Part shown: one piece after another, positions 9,044-18,311 of the stretch
Layout: every line of letters starts with the position of its first letter
Numbering within the stretch: position 1 is the first letter of the stretch
NCBI GenBank assembly: GCA_043812195.1
Contig: JBDRML010000015.1
Location: forward strand, 1-43,257
DNA: 43,257 bases
Source: Candidatus Woesearchaeota archaeon
GTDB taxonomy: Archaea; Nanobdellota; Nanobdellia; SCGC-AAA011-G17; PNOQ01
Reading direction: 5' to 3'
Program-made: the position numbers and the translations under genes
The notes under the pieces: generated by a model
The model's input: only the letters and a program-made list of their open reading frames with translations
The model's database searches: none
What the model was told of the DNA's origin: nothing

Positions 9044-9459
9044 ATAAAACACTATTAATTGGTATAATCCTATTAGCAGTTGTTATTTCTGGTTGTGATT
9101 ATGAAAGCACAGATTATACAAAAGGAAACTTAGACGGAGATACAAACACAAACACTATATTGGAAGAAACAAGTTTAGAAATAATCAACCACGAACTTAA
9201 AAGCGAAACAACTTATTCAATAAAAACTTGGTTTGTTGAAGGGACAGCCAAGAATACAGGCACAACAACCATAGAAATGGCTACAATTAAAGTAAGGTTC
9301 TTTGATGAAGACGGAACTTTAATTGAAAACGGGTTTGATGTAGTTTCTGATTTAGACCCAGATATGACTTTTAAGTTTAAAGTTTCTTTTATGGGAGATA
9401 TTATGGCTGAAGATAAACCAGCTGATTATGATATCGCTATTGAAGGATTGGATTATTAA
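9040..9459 (+). CDS. Lipoprotein with FxLYD-type Ig-like domain
   Basis: Lipobox VISGC; VEGTAKNTG...IKVRFFDEDG...DLDPDMTFKFKV. Confidence 0.7.
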   Translation: MNKTLLIGIILLAVVISGCDYESTDYTKGNLDGDTNTNTILEETSLEIINHELKSETTYSIKTWFVEGTAKNTGTTTIEMATIKVRFFDEDGTLIENGFDVVSDLDPDMTFKFKVSFMGDIMAEDKPADYDIAIEGLDY

Positions 9460-9467
9460 GGTTTAAG

Positions 9468-10421
9468 ATGTCAAAAACTGAAAAGGAAGGAATTGGATTT
9501 TTCTTAGGATTATTTATAGTCACGCTATTTGTTAGCTCACTTTTTAGTCTTGGACTTTCCATTTCGACCTTTGAAAATGTTGGTTATTCAGGTTTAGGTG
9601 AAGCTATCGGAACTTCTATTTTATTTTTTTTAGCAGGGTTATTTATGTATAGAATAAAACCTTATGCTGTAGAATTCACAAAAATAGTTTTGAGTGTTGT
9701 TCTTGTTGAAAATGTTATTTTACTAATATTTTTCCCAAGTGAGATTACTACTTTGTCTTCATTACCTTATTATATAATTTGGCTTTTCTTCCTTCAATAT
9801 TCCAAAAATGTTGAAAGGGTGTATGGACATCTAAAAGAAAAGAAAGAAGGAACTCAAATTTGGCCTATTTTAGCTATAGTCTTTTCATTTACAGCATTTG
9901 TTCACGCTTTTGTGTTTGGTATTATTGCTTTGAAAAGAATATCAAAGAATAGAAAATTAAAAGGTATGGGTATTGCTGTAATTGGAATAATAATTTCAGT
10001 AATAGTTTTAATTATGATAATGTTATTGGGGGCTTTTGAAGGTTTTACTGAAGAATTAGATAATATTGAAGAAGCGTCTCTTGAAGGAGAAATGGTATGT
10101 AATGATTTTTGTCTTGGTGTCGAGGGAACAGAAACCTATTTAGCTTATGTAAATTTAGATAAAACAATCTGTGAATGTTATGATAGTCAAGAAAATACAT
10201 TAGAATCAATAGAGTTTTCAGAGTCGGATATCGAATCAAGATATGAAGAGATTGTAAATGAATTAACAGGATATACTTGTGAGTATAACGCATATAATTG
10301 CGCCGATTTCTCAACTCACGATGAGGCACAAGCACTATTTGAAGTGTGTGGTGGAATATTTAACGATGTTCATTATTTAGACGGCGATGATGACGGAATA
10401 GCTTGCGAGAGTTTACCTTAA
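9468..10421 (+). CDS. Polytopic membrane protein (DUF4190-like hairpin) with C-terminal Excalibur Ca-binding domain
   Basis: About 6 TM helices; FGIIALKRI...KGMGIAVIGIII; [13 protein letters not shown]...LDGDDDGIACESLP. Confidence 0.75.
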   Translation: MSKTEKEGIGFFLGLFIVTLFVSSLFSLGLSISTFENVGYSGLGEAIGTSILFFLAGLFMYRIKPYAVEFTKIVLSVVLVENVILLIFFPSEITTLSSLPYYIIWLFFLQYSKNVERVYGHLKEKKEGTQIWPILAIVFSFTAFVHAFVFGIIALKRISKNRKLKGMGIAVIGIIISVIVLIMIMLLGAFEGFTEELDNIEEASLEGEMVCNDFCLGVEGTETYLAYVNLDKTICECYDSQENTLESIEFSESDIESRYEEIVNELTGYTCEYNAYNCADFSTHDEAQALFEVCGGIFNDVHYLDGDDDGIACESLP

Positions 10422-10423
10422 AA

Positions 10424-10648
10424 ATGGACGAATTCATATTTTGGCTTATCTTTATTGCTTTAATAGTTATTATTGGAAATCAAACACGAGAACGTCAAGA
10501 AAGAGAAACAAAAGGTATGACTAAAAAACAAAAAGCAAAATATTTTAATGAGATTAAAAAACAGCAAAAAGAGGAATGGGGAAAGGTTTTAGGGTGGATA
10601 ATACTTATTGTGCTCATTTTGATTAGTTTGTTTATTGGTTTGACTTAA
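10424..10648 (+). CDS. Small two-TM membrane protein
   Basis: Likely start MDEFIFWL; hydrophobic ends around a charged loop. Confidence 0.6.
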   Translation: MDEFIFWLIFIALIVIIGNQTRERQERETKGMTKKQKAKYFNEIKKQQKEEWGKVLGWIILIVLILISLFIGLT

Positions 10649-10709
10649 ATCACAAGCTTTTTAAGACTTAACTTTTCACAAATGTTTATAGATTTAAGGT
10701 TTAAGAATG
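10647..10709 (+). promoter_or_regulatory. Repeated promoter/leader, copy 2
   Basis: Same 15-bp and 17-bp blocks as 8335..8396. Confidence 0.7.
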
Positions 10710-10973
10710 GCTGAAACAATAAAAATAAACAATTGGTTTAAATCTCTTATTTTTTTCTTAGGATATCCAATACACGCTTCAATCTTTATGTTATTTGCTT
10801 TAGGAAAAATGGGAGACGATTTAGACAATCCTAAAGAAGAATATCATACTTTTGAGCCCTGGGTTAAAAATGTTGTAATTAAACAAAGTATTGACAAGAT
10901 TAAATACACTTTAGGATTGATAACTTTTGGCCTTATAGTTTTGTTAATACTTGGGTTTTTGTTGAGTTGGTGA
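10707..10973 (+). CDS. Small two-TM membrane protein
   Basis: Two hydrophobic segments; follows the repeated leader. Confidence 0.6.
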   Translation: MAETIKINNWFKSLIFFLGYPIHASIFMLFALGKMGDDLDNPKEEYHTFEPWVKNVVIKQSIDKIKYTLGLITFGLIVLLILGFLLSW

Positions 10974-10980
10974 ACTAAAA

Positions 10981-11106
10981 ATGAATATACAAGATATAGT
11001 AATATTTTTACTACCTTCAAACCCTGTGGATTTGTTAGTAAAGATATTAATTATATGGATAATAGTGCATATAATAAGAAAGAATTGGAAGAGGAAGAAA
11101 AAATGA
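10981..11106 (+). CDS. Small membrane peptide with basic tail (41 aa; not in ORF track)
   Basis: MNIQDIVIFLLPSNPVDLLVKILIIWIIVHIIRKNWKRKKK. Confidence 0.5.
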   Translation: MNIQDIVIFLLPSNPVDLLVKILIIWIIVHIIRKNWKRKKK

Positions 11107-11152
11107 GCAACATAATAGATTTAGTAATAATTCTAAATCATTTATAAACACC

Positions 11153-11259
11153 TAACCCTAATTCCTTTAAATTTATACGTTCTGAGAAACAACATCCAAT
11201 AACCCACTACATTAATCAACGAAATAGACCAATCTATGAACAAAAGAAAGCTTTTTATA
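11153..11259 (+). repeat. About 107-bp non-coding direct repeat, copy 1, ending in BRE/TATA
   Basis: Shares TAACCCTAA, a 21-bp identical core AATTTATACGTTCTGAGAAAC, CATCCAATAA and CAAAAGAAA-(A)-GCTTTTTATA with 19069..19174. Confidence 0.8.
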
Positions 11260-11280
11260 TTTATCAATTAAATTTGATGT

Positions 11281-11877
11281 ATGGATAGAGTGTTTGCATT
11301 ATCTTTGGTTGTATTTTTCTTAATTTTTATTAATGGATGTTCTGAATCTGAATTTGTTGATAAACCAGATAAATTATACAAAGATATTTCTTGGGAATAT
11401 GATAAATATCCTCAATTTACTTTTGGAGTTCAGGAAAGCGTGAGTCCAATAAAATTAGATTTAGTAGATGCTGTTATAGTTAAAAGAGATGCAACTTATT
11501 ATGGGATAGATAATGCTATGAGAATTGGTGCTCCTTGTTCTGCTACGCCAGATAAAATAGATTTTTGTATGAATGCTAAGAAAGCATCGGATATTTTTGG
11601 GAATAAGGAAGCTACTCTTTATGTAGCAATAAATATAGAATGGAATATTGATTTATCTGAAGAAGGAGAACCAATAGAAAACTTAATAGCAGAAACAAAT
11701 GCTAAAAAAATATACAAATTTGATACTTCCATACCACAAACAGATGAAGATGGGTTTGTAGATGATATGGATTTAGTAGATGATACTTGGTGCTGGATTT
11801 GGACTGATGCATGGGAATATGGTGCTAATAAACCAAAATGTGAAGAGTATATATCAACTCTCAAAACAAATTATTAA
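11281..11877 (+). CDS. Acidic lipoprotein, function unknown
   Basis: Lipobox FINGC; Cys/Trp-containing extracellular domain. Confidence 0.65.
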   Translation: MDRVFALSLVVFFLIFINGCSESEFVDKPDKLYKDISWEYDKYPQFTFGVQESVSPIKLDLVDAVIVKRDATYYGIDNAMRIGAPCSATPDKIDFCMNAKKASDIFGNKEATLYVAINIEWNIDLSEEGEPIENLIAETNAKKIYKFDTSIPQTDEDGFVDDMDLVDDTWCWIWTDAWEYGANKPKCEEYISTLKTNY

Positions 11878-11937
11878 ATAATAATCAAAAGAAATCAACT
11901 GGAAATAAAAATAAATCTACATAAGCTATATAATAAA

Positions 11938-13158
11938 TTAACCTTCTATCATCTCAAAATTGTTAAACATTAATAGTTGGCTTTCATATATTTTAAAATA
12001 ATATTGTTCAAGTAATATACTGTAATCGTTAACCCAACTATTGTATTCATAAATTAAATCATTATATTGATTAACATAAAATTGAGAATATTGCCAATCA
12101 AATATTCTAGTTATTTTTGCCAAATCTTCATCAATTTCACCAAGTTTTTCATATATTCTATCTAGTTCTAATCCAATCTCATCAATTTCTAAATATTTAT
12201 TTTCTAAATTATTTGCTAAATCAACTCCATACTTGTTTTCATAATATGTTTTACCATCGCTAAATTTATGATATTCTTGATTTGTTAGTTCCCCTTCTGA
12301 ACCAATTGGAGTAAATTGTGTAGTTTCGACAAAACAAATTTGTTTAGAATTATACTCAAAATTACCTTCTTCACAAGCAATACCCATTAATGCATGAGGT
12401 AAATTTTCAGAATCTCCAAAAATCAAATATGTTTCGAAACCTAAATTTTTTGCGATATTTATTAGAATTACTGTTTTATCTAAACAATTTCCATTTTCTT
12501 CATAAAGAGTTTCATATGGATACTTGTTTGACCAATCGTCACCCAAATCATAAGGTATCGCTTGAACAAAAATTGTAGCTATTTCTAAAATTTCATGGTC
12601 AGAATAGCCAGCATCTCTCAATTTAATAAAATCTCTAGAAATAAAATCAACAAAATTATTATTATACGGATCATCAAAATACCTGCTTTCATAATAATTA
12701 TCACCATAATAACAATCTTGGTTTTTTAACTTAGAAGAAAATTCATATAAATCATTAAACAATCTAATTATATAAGAAAACTCATAATTTTCGTAATTAA
12801 ATCTATATTTTGGCTCAAAATAATTAGTAAAATTTATATCCGTATATTTTGATTCACAATAATCTAAATATCCATCATCATCATATCCTGGAATTAATTC
12901 TAATTCATTAATTTCTGGTGAAAGTCTAACGTCTGCTCCGATTGCATAATCAAAGGAATAATATTTGGGGGAATAGTATATCCTAGTCATCCTATCATAA
13001 TATTCTTCAAATGATTCAATTTCTCTTTCAGAATAAACTAAATCACTTGTAGTAAAATTATAAATATCATCAGGGTTTGTTCCACTATAAATATCACAGC
13101 CACCAATAAATAAACTAATAGAAATAATTAAAATCATCCAAACTGCTTCTTTTTTCAT
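11938..13158 (-). CDS. Lipoprotein with transglutaminase-like (papain-fold) domain and C-terminal coiled coil
   Basis: Lipobox FIGGC; FVQAIPY...YPYETLYEENGNCLDK, HALMGI, FVETT (Cys-His-Glu triad). Confidence 0.75.
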   Translation of the reverse strand: MKKEAVWMILIISISLFIGGCDIYSGTNPDDIYNFTTSDLVYSEREIESFEEYYDRMTRIYYSPKYYSFDYAIGADVRLSPEINELELIPGYDDDGYLDYCESKYTDINFTNYFEPKYRFNYENYEFSYIIRLFNDLYEFSSKLKNQDCYYGDNYYESRYFDDPYNNNFVDFISRDFIKLRDAGYSDHEILEIATIFVQAIPYDLGDDWSNKYPYETLYEENGNCLDKTVILINIAKNLGFETYLIFGDSENLPHALMGIACEEGNFEYNSKQICFVETTQFTPIGSEGELTNQEYHKFSDGKTYYENKYGVDLANNLENKYLEIDEIGLELDRIYEKLGEIDEDLAKITRIFDWQYSQFYVNQYNDLIYEYNSWVNDYSILLEQYYFKIYESQLLMFNNFEMIEG

Positions 13159-13254
13159 AATTTATTTTAGAATTATATATATTTAAATTTAACCACTAAG
13201 CAATTCAATTTTGATTCAAAAGAAAGATTTTTATATTTTTTGGGTGGTAATTAT

Positions 13255-14826
13255 TTAGGTGGTACCTAACATTGACTTTGACAGTTTTGTTAGTTCTCCA
13301 TCTCCATTACAAACTAATGCATATGGAAGGCTAATTCCTTGAGTAGTATCTATTCTAATAGCATAAATAACAATTGGAAATATTTTTTCAACATATGTGC
13401 TCATTCCTTCTCTACCAAATTGTACATCATAAGTTTGAAGACCAAAAATCATACTACCTCTCCATATGTTAAAATACTCTTCTGCATCGGAATCATTATT
13501 AAATTCTTCTTTATCTAAGATTTTTATTTGATGATTATTTTTTAATTCAAATATTCTTATAGCGTCATCTATAGAATTATCACATTTATCCATTAATATT
13601 TCTTCTTGAATATCTTGATTTTTGTCGTCTATAAATGTTTCATAATCTGGCCTATATTCTTTATCTCCAGAATCTTCTTGTATTTCTTCTACTATTTTAA
13701 TTTCTTTTACTTCAAGATAGTATCTTCCATTGTATACTCTACTGTCATCTCTTAAATAAGCAGTAATTTTAACATTTTTGCCTAAATATGTATTATCTGC
13801 ATCTGTAAGTATATTTGCTATAATTTCTTCTCTATCTTTTTGAGTTAAACAAATATTATAATTTTTTATGTTATCAATATTACATTCTGTTAAAACCCCT
13901 GTAGTCTTAATAAATTTATTTATATATGATTCAACATTTCTTATTATTTCTATAAGTTCTTTTTCTTGAGGGATAGTTGATGAAATGATTGCAATGATGC
14001 TAAATATCACTAAAGTTGTTATAATAATTGGCACAATTGGGCTTAATTTTTTCTTTTTTGGTGAATAATTATGAGTTTGTTTTTTCCTCTTTACTATTTC
14101 CTCTTTCCTCTTTTTACTTTTATTGCTCTTTTCAATTTTAGGGTGATATGAATTATGTTTATAATTTGGTTGATAATTTTGTTCTTCTTGTAACCTTTGA
14201 TGTTTGGAACCTAATAAAGATTTAAGAGCTTCGCCATATTTAGCTTCTTGTTTTTCCTCCTTTTCTATTATTTTATTTTGATATACTAAACAAGGGTGAC
14301 CTTTTATATCTGTTAAGTTATTAAAATCTGCTAGTTTTGGTTCAATAGCTTTTTTATGTTTTTTGCAATATAATTTTTTGCAATATTTACATTTATATTT
14401 TCCAATTTCTTTACATGAATGATAATAGCATTCATTCTTTTTGATCCTTCTTTTTAAATTCTTTATATTTTTTGATTTTTCAGTAATATGAACTGTTCCT
14501 GCTGGAGGAGACCACATAGTTCTTTTTACACTTGCGTGTGTAGTGTGGAAATTTGGATCATGTGACCGATTAATCAAATGTGTTGTTTCATGTGAAGCAG
14601 TTTCTTCTATTTTATCAAAACTCATATTTTTAAGAATTTTCTTAGATATACAAATCAGGTTTTGTTCTATGTGGATGTGCGCTATTTCTTCTTCATTAAA
14701 TGGGCATTCTGTATCCCAAAATTTAACCGCAGGCACCCTGACGCCCAATAATCTTGCAGTTTCCTTTACTACAGCTAAAAATCGCTTTTCTTTTAGTTTA
14801 TAAAATGAATTCTGATGGGTCTTCAT
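13255..14826 (-). CDS. Membrane-anchored protein: SprT/WLM/YgjP-like metallopeptidase, AN1-like Zn finger, one TM and an extracellular domain
   Basis: ASHETTHLINRSHDPNFH; CYYHSC...CKYCKKLYCKKH...H; TM IVPIIITTLVIFSIIAIIS; start likely MKTHQ. Confidence 0.7.
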   Translation of the reverse strand: MKTHQNSFYKLKEKRFLAVVKETARLLGVRVPAVKFWDTECPFNEEEIAHIHIEQNLICISKKILKNMSFDKIEETASHETTHLINRSHDPNFHTTHASVKRTMWSPPAGTVHITEKSKNIKNLKRRIKKNECYYHSCKEIGKYKCKYCKKLYCKKHKKAIEPKLADFNNLTDIKGHPCLVYQNKIIEKEEKQEAKYGEALKSLLGSKHQRLQEEQNYQPNYKHNSYHPKIEKSNKSKKRKEEIVKRKKQTHNYSPKKKKLSPIVPIIITTLVIFSIIAIISSTIPQEKELIEIIRNVESYINKFIKTTGVLTECNIDNIKNYNICLTQKDREEIIANILTDADNTYLGKNVKITAYLRDDSRVYNGRYYLEVKEIKIVEEIQEDSGDKEYRPDYETFIDDKNQDIQEEILMDKCDNSIDDAIRIFELKNNHQIKILDKEEFNNDSDAEEYFNIWRGSMIFGLQTYDVQFGREGMSTYVEKIFPIVIYAIRIDTTQGISLPYALVCNGDGELTKLSKSMLGTT

Positions 14827-14980
14827 TTTAAAAATAAATGAATAAAAACACATAAAAATCTTTCTAAATGTTGCACGGAATAGGATAATAGTGTAAGATA
14901 GAAAATTCTTATCACGGACAAGGTTTTGGTTATGTTGAGCAATAAATCAAACCAAATTAAGATTGTTTAAAGATAGTCGT

Positions 14981-15172
14981 TCATTTTTTAACCAAAAGTC
15001 TTGCTAAGTTTATACTTCCCCACAATATAAGCACATAAATCAAGTATCTAAAAAAATTAACAATCGCTATTGAAAACCCACCAAGAGCTAATCCCATACC
15101 CATTATTAAAAGCATTATTCCAACAATCCCCATAAATATTCTATTTAATGTATCTTGCTTTTTCTTAGCTAT
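14981..15172 (-). CDS. Two-TM membrane protein (63 aa) with apparent ATA start; not in ORF track
   Basis: (I)AKKKQDTLNRIFMGIVGIMLLIMGMGLALGGFSIAIVNFFRYLIYVLILWGSINLARLLVKK; GAGGTG 7 nt upstream. Confidence 0.45.
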   Translation of the reverse strand: MAKKKQDTLNRIFMGIVGIMLLIMGMGLALGGFSIAIVNFFRYLIYVLILWGSINLARLLVKK

Positions 15173-15479
15173 TTTCTTTCACCTCACAATAATCTTCATC
15201 ATCATCATCATACGTAAAAACACATTTACAATAAGCAATTTTGTCTTCTAATCTTGGTTTATCTTCTAAAGTTCTATATATTCTACAAGTAGTATCTGAT
15301 ATTGGTTCTCCATCTATAATTACACTACTTTTTGCACACCAATATTTACAATCATTTTCTAATTGATTTAACTCACTTTCACTAACTTTAGTAATTTCTA
15401 CAATCACAAAGAAAATGAGTATAACTAAAAATATCCCTATAGCAATATGTGGTATCTTTGATTTTTTCTTTTTAGGCAT
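15165..15479 (-). CDS. Single-TM protein with Cys-rich extracellular domain
   Basis: Basic N-terminus, TM helix, CKYWC...C...CKC...C. Confidence 0.6.
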   Translation of the reverse strand: MPKKKKSKIPHIAIGIFLVILIFFVIVEITKVSESELNQLENDCKYWCAKSSVIIDGEPISDTTCRIYRTLEDKPRLEDKIAYCKCVFTYDDDDEDYCEVKENS

Positions 15480-15480
15480 T

Positions 15481-15591
15481 TTATTTCTCTTTCTTCAACT
15501 TCTTTCTTTTATATCCATGTGACATCCATCCAATACTTTCATCTTTTCTTTGTTTGACTTTCCTGTCTAAATAATTCTTTCTTTTAGCCAT
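15481..15591 (-). CDS. Small basic peptide (36 aa; not in ORF track)
   Basis: MAKRKNYLDRKVKQRKDESIGWMSHGYKRKKLKKEK; 1-nt gaps to both neighbours. Confidence 0.5.
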   Translation of the reverse strand: MAKRKNYLDRKVKQRKDESIGWMSHGYKRKKLKKEK

Positions 15592-15592
15592 T

Positions 15593-15724
15593 TTAACTCT
15601 CCTTATCCTTAAACTTACCACAAACTTCGCACTTCATAGATTGTCTAAACTTACCATTTCCAATGTTAATATATCCTCCTATCTTAATCCACTTATGTCC
15701 TTTAAATAAACATTTAATTCCCAT
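15593..15724 (-). CDS. Small DUF1660-like Zn-binding protein (43 aa; not in ORF track)
   Basis: MGIKCLFKGHKW...MKCEVCGK (CxxxGHxW...CxxCG). Confidence 0.6.
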   Translation of the reverse strand: MGIKCLFKGHKWIKIGGYINIGNGKFRQSMKCEVCGKFKDKES

Positions 15725-15726
15725 CT

Positions 15727-16029
15727 TTAAGGTAAGCTTTCACAAGCTACTCCATCTCCATCTCCATCTAAATAGTGAACATCATATCCGCACTTTTCAA
15801 GCATAACTTGGGCTTGGGCTTGTGTAGAAAAATCAGCACAATTGTATTTGTTGTAAGAACAATCTGAGTCTACTGCTCTTTTTTCTTTGTAATACCCATC
15901 ATAATTATCTTCATATAAACTTCTCTCATATCTACTTTCCATCATTTCACTTGAAATGAACATAGAAATTATAAAATAAAATGCTAAAATTCCCATAATC
16001 CAACCCCACCAACTTCCTTTCTTATTCAT
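15727..16029 (-). CDS. Membrane-anchored Excalibur Ca-binding domain protein
   Basis: N-terminal TM; [13 protein letters not shown]...[14 protein letters not shown]. Confidence 0.8.
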   Translation of the reverse strand: MNKKGSWWGWIMGILAFYFIISMFISSEMMESRYERSLYEDNYDGYYKEKRAVDSDCSYNKYNCADFSTQAQAQVMLEKCGYDVHYLDGDGDGVACESLP

Positions 16030-16421
16030 TTTTTCGCCTTCTCAATAACTTCTTTAGCGAGATTTTTAATTTCTTTATCAAGCACTTTCTTCTGTTCATT
16101 TTTATCCAATTTTTGAAAAGCTAATCTTTTATCATATTCAACAAATGTGTTTCTAAGCATAGCTTCTTGTTCGTCTAACTTATCTTGTTTCTTTGGTTCT
16201 AAAAAACCACATATAATAAAAATAACCCCCAAAGAATACAATAACAATATGAATGGTTCATAAATTTCAGACATAACACAACTTTGAACTTCATATGAAG
16301 TTGCAGGGTCAATACCATAAGAACTTTGGCAAGGTATATTGTAAAATTTATCAATAGTTGAAAAACTACTGCCAGCTATTATAAAAAAGATTCCCAAAAT
16401 AAACCATTGTTTTCTATTCAT
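16026..16421 (-). CDS. Two-TM membrane protein with cytoplasmic helical tail
   Basis: Two hydrophobic helices around a loop with 2 Cys; coupled to neighbours. Confidence 0.65.
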   Translation of the reverse strand: MNRKQWFILGIFFIIAGSSFSTIDKFYNIPCQSSYGIDPATSYEVQSCVMSEIYEPFILLLYSLGVIFIICGFLEPKKQDKLDEQEAMLRNTFVEYDKRLAFQKLDKNEQKKVLDKEIKNLAKEVIEKAKK

Positions 16422-18143
16422 TTATTTCTCCTTCTTTCCTTTCTTATTCACCCTACAATAATCTTCTCTCATTACAGAAGGTCTAACTAATTTTAATGCA
16501 CCTTTGAAATCTTCATCTGTGATTTTTAATTTGTCTAATGTTTCTTTTGGTATTGTTTGATTATCTTTTAATTTAATCTCTAGAAGTTTTCTTCTGATAG
16601 CATTCATAGTTGCTTCTTTTGCTAGTAATTGTAAGTCTGCTCCAACAAACCCTTGTGTATTTTTTGCTAGTTCTTCTAGGTCTACTGATTTTGTCAAAGG
16701 CATGTTTTTTGTGTGGATTTTTAATATATCTAACCTTCCTTTCTTATCTGGAACATAAAACACTATTTCTCTATCAAATCTTCCTGGTCTTCTTAATTCA
16801 GGATCTAATGAGTTTGGTTTGTTTGTTGCTCCAATAACTACAACCCCTGCTCTTTTGTTTAGACCATCCATCATAGCTAATAATTGTGCTACTACTCTTT
16901 TTTCTACTTCACCATATGTTTCTTTTCTTTTTGATGCTATTACATCTATTTGATCTATGAAAATAATAGAAGGCGCTTTTTCAGTTGCTTCTTCAAATAT
17001 TTTTCTTATTCTTTTTTCAGATTCTCCGTAAAATTTATTCATAATTTCTGGACTATTGACTAAAATGAAATTAGCTTCTGATTCATTTGCTACTGCTTCA
17101 GCTAATAGAGTCTTACCTGTTCCAGGTGGACCGTGTAATAAAACCCCTTTAATAGTTTTACTTCCTAATTTTTGGAATATTTCTGGGTGTGTTAATGGTA
17201 ATTCTACCATTTCTCTTATTTTTTTAATTTCATCATCTAACCCACCTACATCTTCGTAAGTTACATCTAGAAGTAATTCGTCTTCTGTTATCTGCATTGC
17301 TTTTGGACTTACTTTTATTTCTGTGTTTTCTGTTATGATTATTGGTATTCCTACTGGTTTAGTTTTTATTACCTTAAATTTTAAGTCTCCAATTGACCCT
17401 GTAAACTCTTGTGCAAAAGTTTCAAATATGTCATTAAATGGAGTTCCTGAGCATGTGGATTTTCTTCTTTTTTTATCATTTAAAGCAACTATGTCTCCTT
17501 TAACTATAACTCTTCCTAAAAGACCTTTTGTGAATACACTTGGGTCTGCTTGAATCATGATACCTTGCTGTGAAGGTGCTACTGTGATTTTTTTAGCTTC
17601 TTTGACCTGTGCTTTATTCACATTTACGATGGAACCTATCTCAGTTAAAGAGTTTCTTCTTAAAATATTATCCATCCTAATTGTTTGTTCTTTTTCATCT
17701 GACGGATATGCTCTGTCTACAATTCCAACGGTTTTTCTTCCACCTTCTATTTTAACTATATCTCCTGCTCTAACATCTATTTCTTTCATAAATTTAGATG
17801 ATATTCTAACAATACCTGTATTATTTTCTTCTGGTGCTGAATCTTTGACTTTCAAAGCTACACATCTTGGTGATTTTTTATTGTGGGTTTCAAAGAAATC
17901 TTTTGTTGCTTTTGTTTCGATTGGTTTGTAATCTTTTCCTAATGTTTTATCAAGATATTCCTTTTTACATTTCTTTTCGTGTTTTAGAGTCTCTTTTTCA
18001 GTATCAAATACTTTATCACAAAATTCGCACATTTTCCCTTGTTTTTCTTTGAACTCTTTTTCGTGTTTTTCAGCTTCGTGTTTTTCAGCTTCTTTTTTTG
18101 TATCAAATCCTTTATCACAATATTCACATTCCCAATTTGCCAT
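16422..18143 (-). CDS. Zn-finger-fused truncated Cdc48/VAT (N domain + D1 only) with Walker B E->Q
   Basis: Two CxxC...H fingers; Cdc48 N domain (IRMDNILRRN); VTYEDVGGL, ELPLTHPEIF, GPPGTGKT, IIFIDQID, RRPGRFDREI; ends just after ALKLVRPSVMRE. Confidence 0.9.
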   Translation of the reverse strand: MANWECEYCDKGFDTKKEAEKHEAEKHEKEFKEKQGKMCEFCDKVFDTEKETLKHEKKCKKEYLDKTLGKDYKPIETKATKDFFETHNKKSPRCVALKVKDSAPEENNTGIVRISSKFMKEIDVRAGDIVKIEGGRKTVGIVDRAYPSDEKEQTIRMDNILRRNSLTEIGSIVNVNKAQVKEAKKITVAPSQQGIMIQADPSVFTKGLLGRVIVKGDIVALNDKKRRKSTCSGTPFNDIFETFAQEFTGSIGDLKFKVIKTKPVGIPIIITENTEIKVSPKAMQITEDELLLDVTYEDVGGLDDEIKKIREMVELPLTHPEIFQKLGSKTIKGVLLHGPPGTGKTLLAEAVANESEANFILVNSPEIMNKFYGESEKRIRKIFEEATEKAPSIIFIDQIDVIASKRKETYGEVEKRVVAQLLAMMDGLNKRAGVVVIGATNKPNSLDPELRRPGRFDREIVFYVPDKKGRLDILKIHTKNMPLTKSVDLEELAKNTQGFVGADLQLLAKEATMNAIRRKLLEIKLKDNQTIPKETLDKLKITDEDFKGALKLVRPSVMREDYCRVNKKGKKEK

Positions 18144-18144
18144 C

Positions 18145-18309
18145 TCATTTCATCTCCCTTATAACCAATTCACCCCTTTCATTCAAAACAATAGAAACCT
18201 CATCTTTAGGTTTCCAACCTTTCAATTGAGCTATTTGTTTAGGAACAACTACAGCTAATGAGTTTCCTATTCTTTGTATTTTTCTGGTTAGTTCAATTTT
18301 TCCTTTCAT
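18145..18309 (-). CDS. AbrB/MazE/SpoVT-family DNA-binding protein (54 aa; not in ORF track)
   Basis: MKGKIELTRKIQRIGNSLAVVVPKQIAQLKGWKPKDEVSIVLNERGELVIREMK; stop 1 nt before the Cdc48-like start. Confidence 0.8.
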   Translation of the reverse strand: MKGKIELTRKIQRIGNSLAVVVPKQIAQLKGWKPKDEVSIVLNERGELVIREMK

Positions 18310-18311
18310 TT

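Noticed and set aside
18060-18092. 15-bp tandem duplication encoding EAEKH twice
   Set aside because: Simple in-frame slippage within the Zn-finger region; no sign of a variable array
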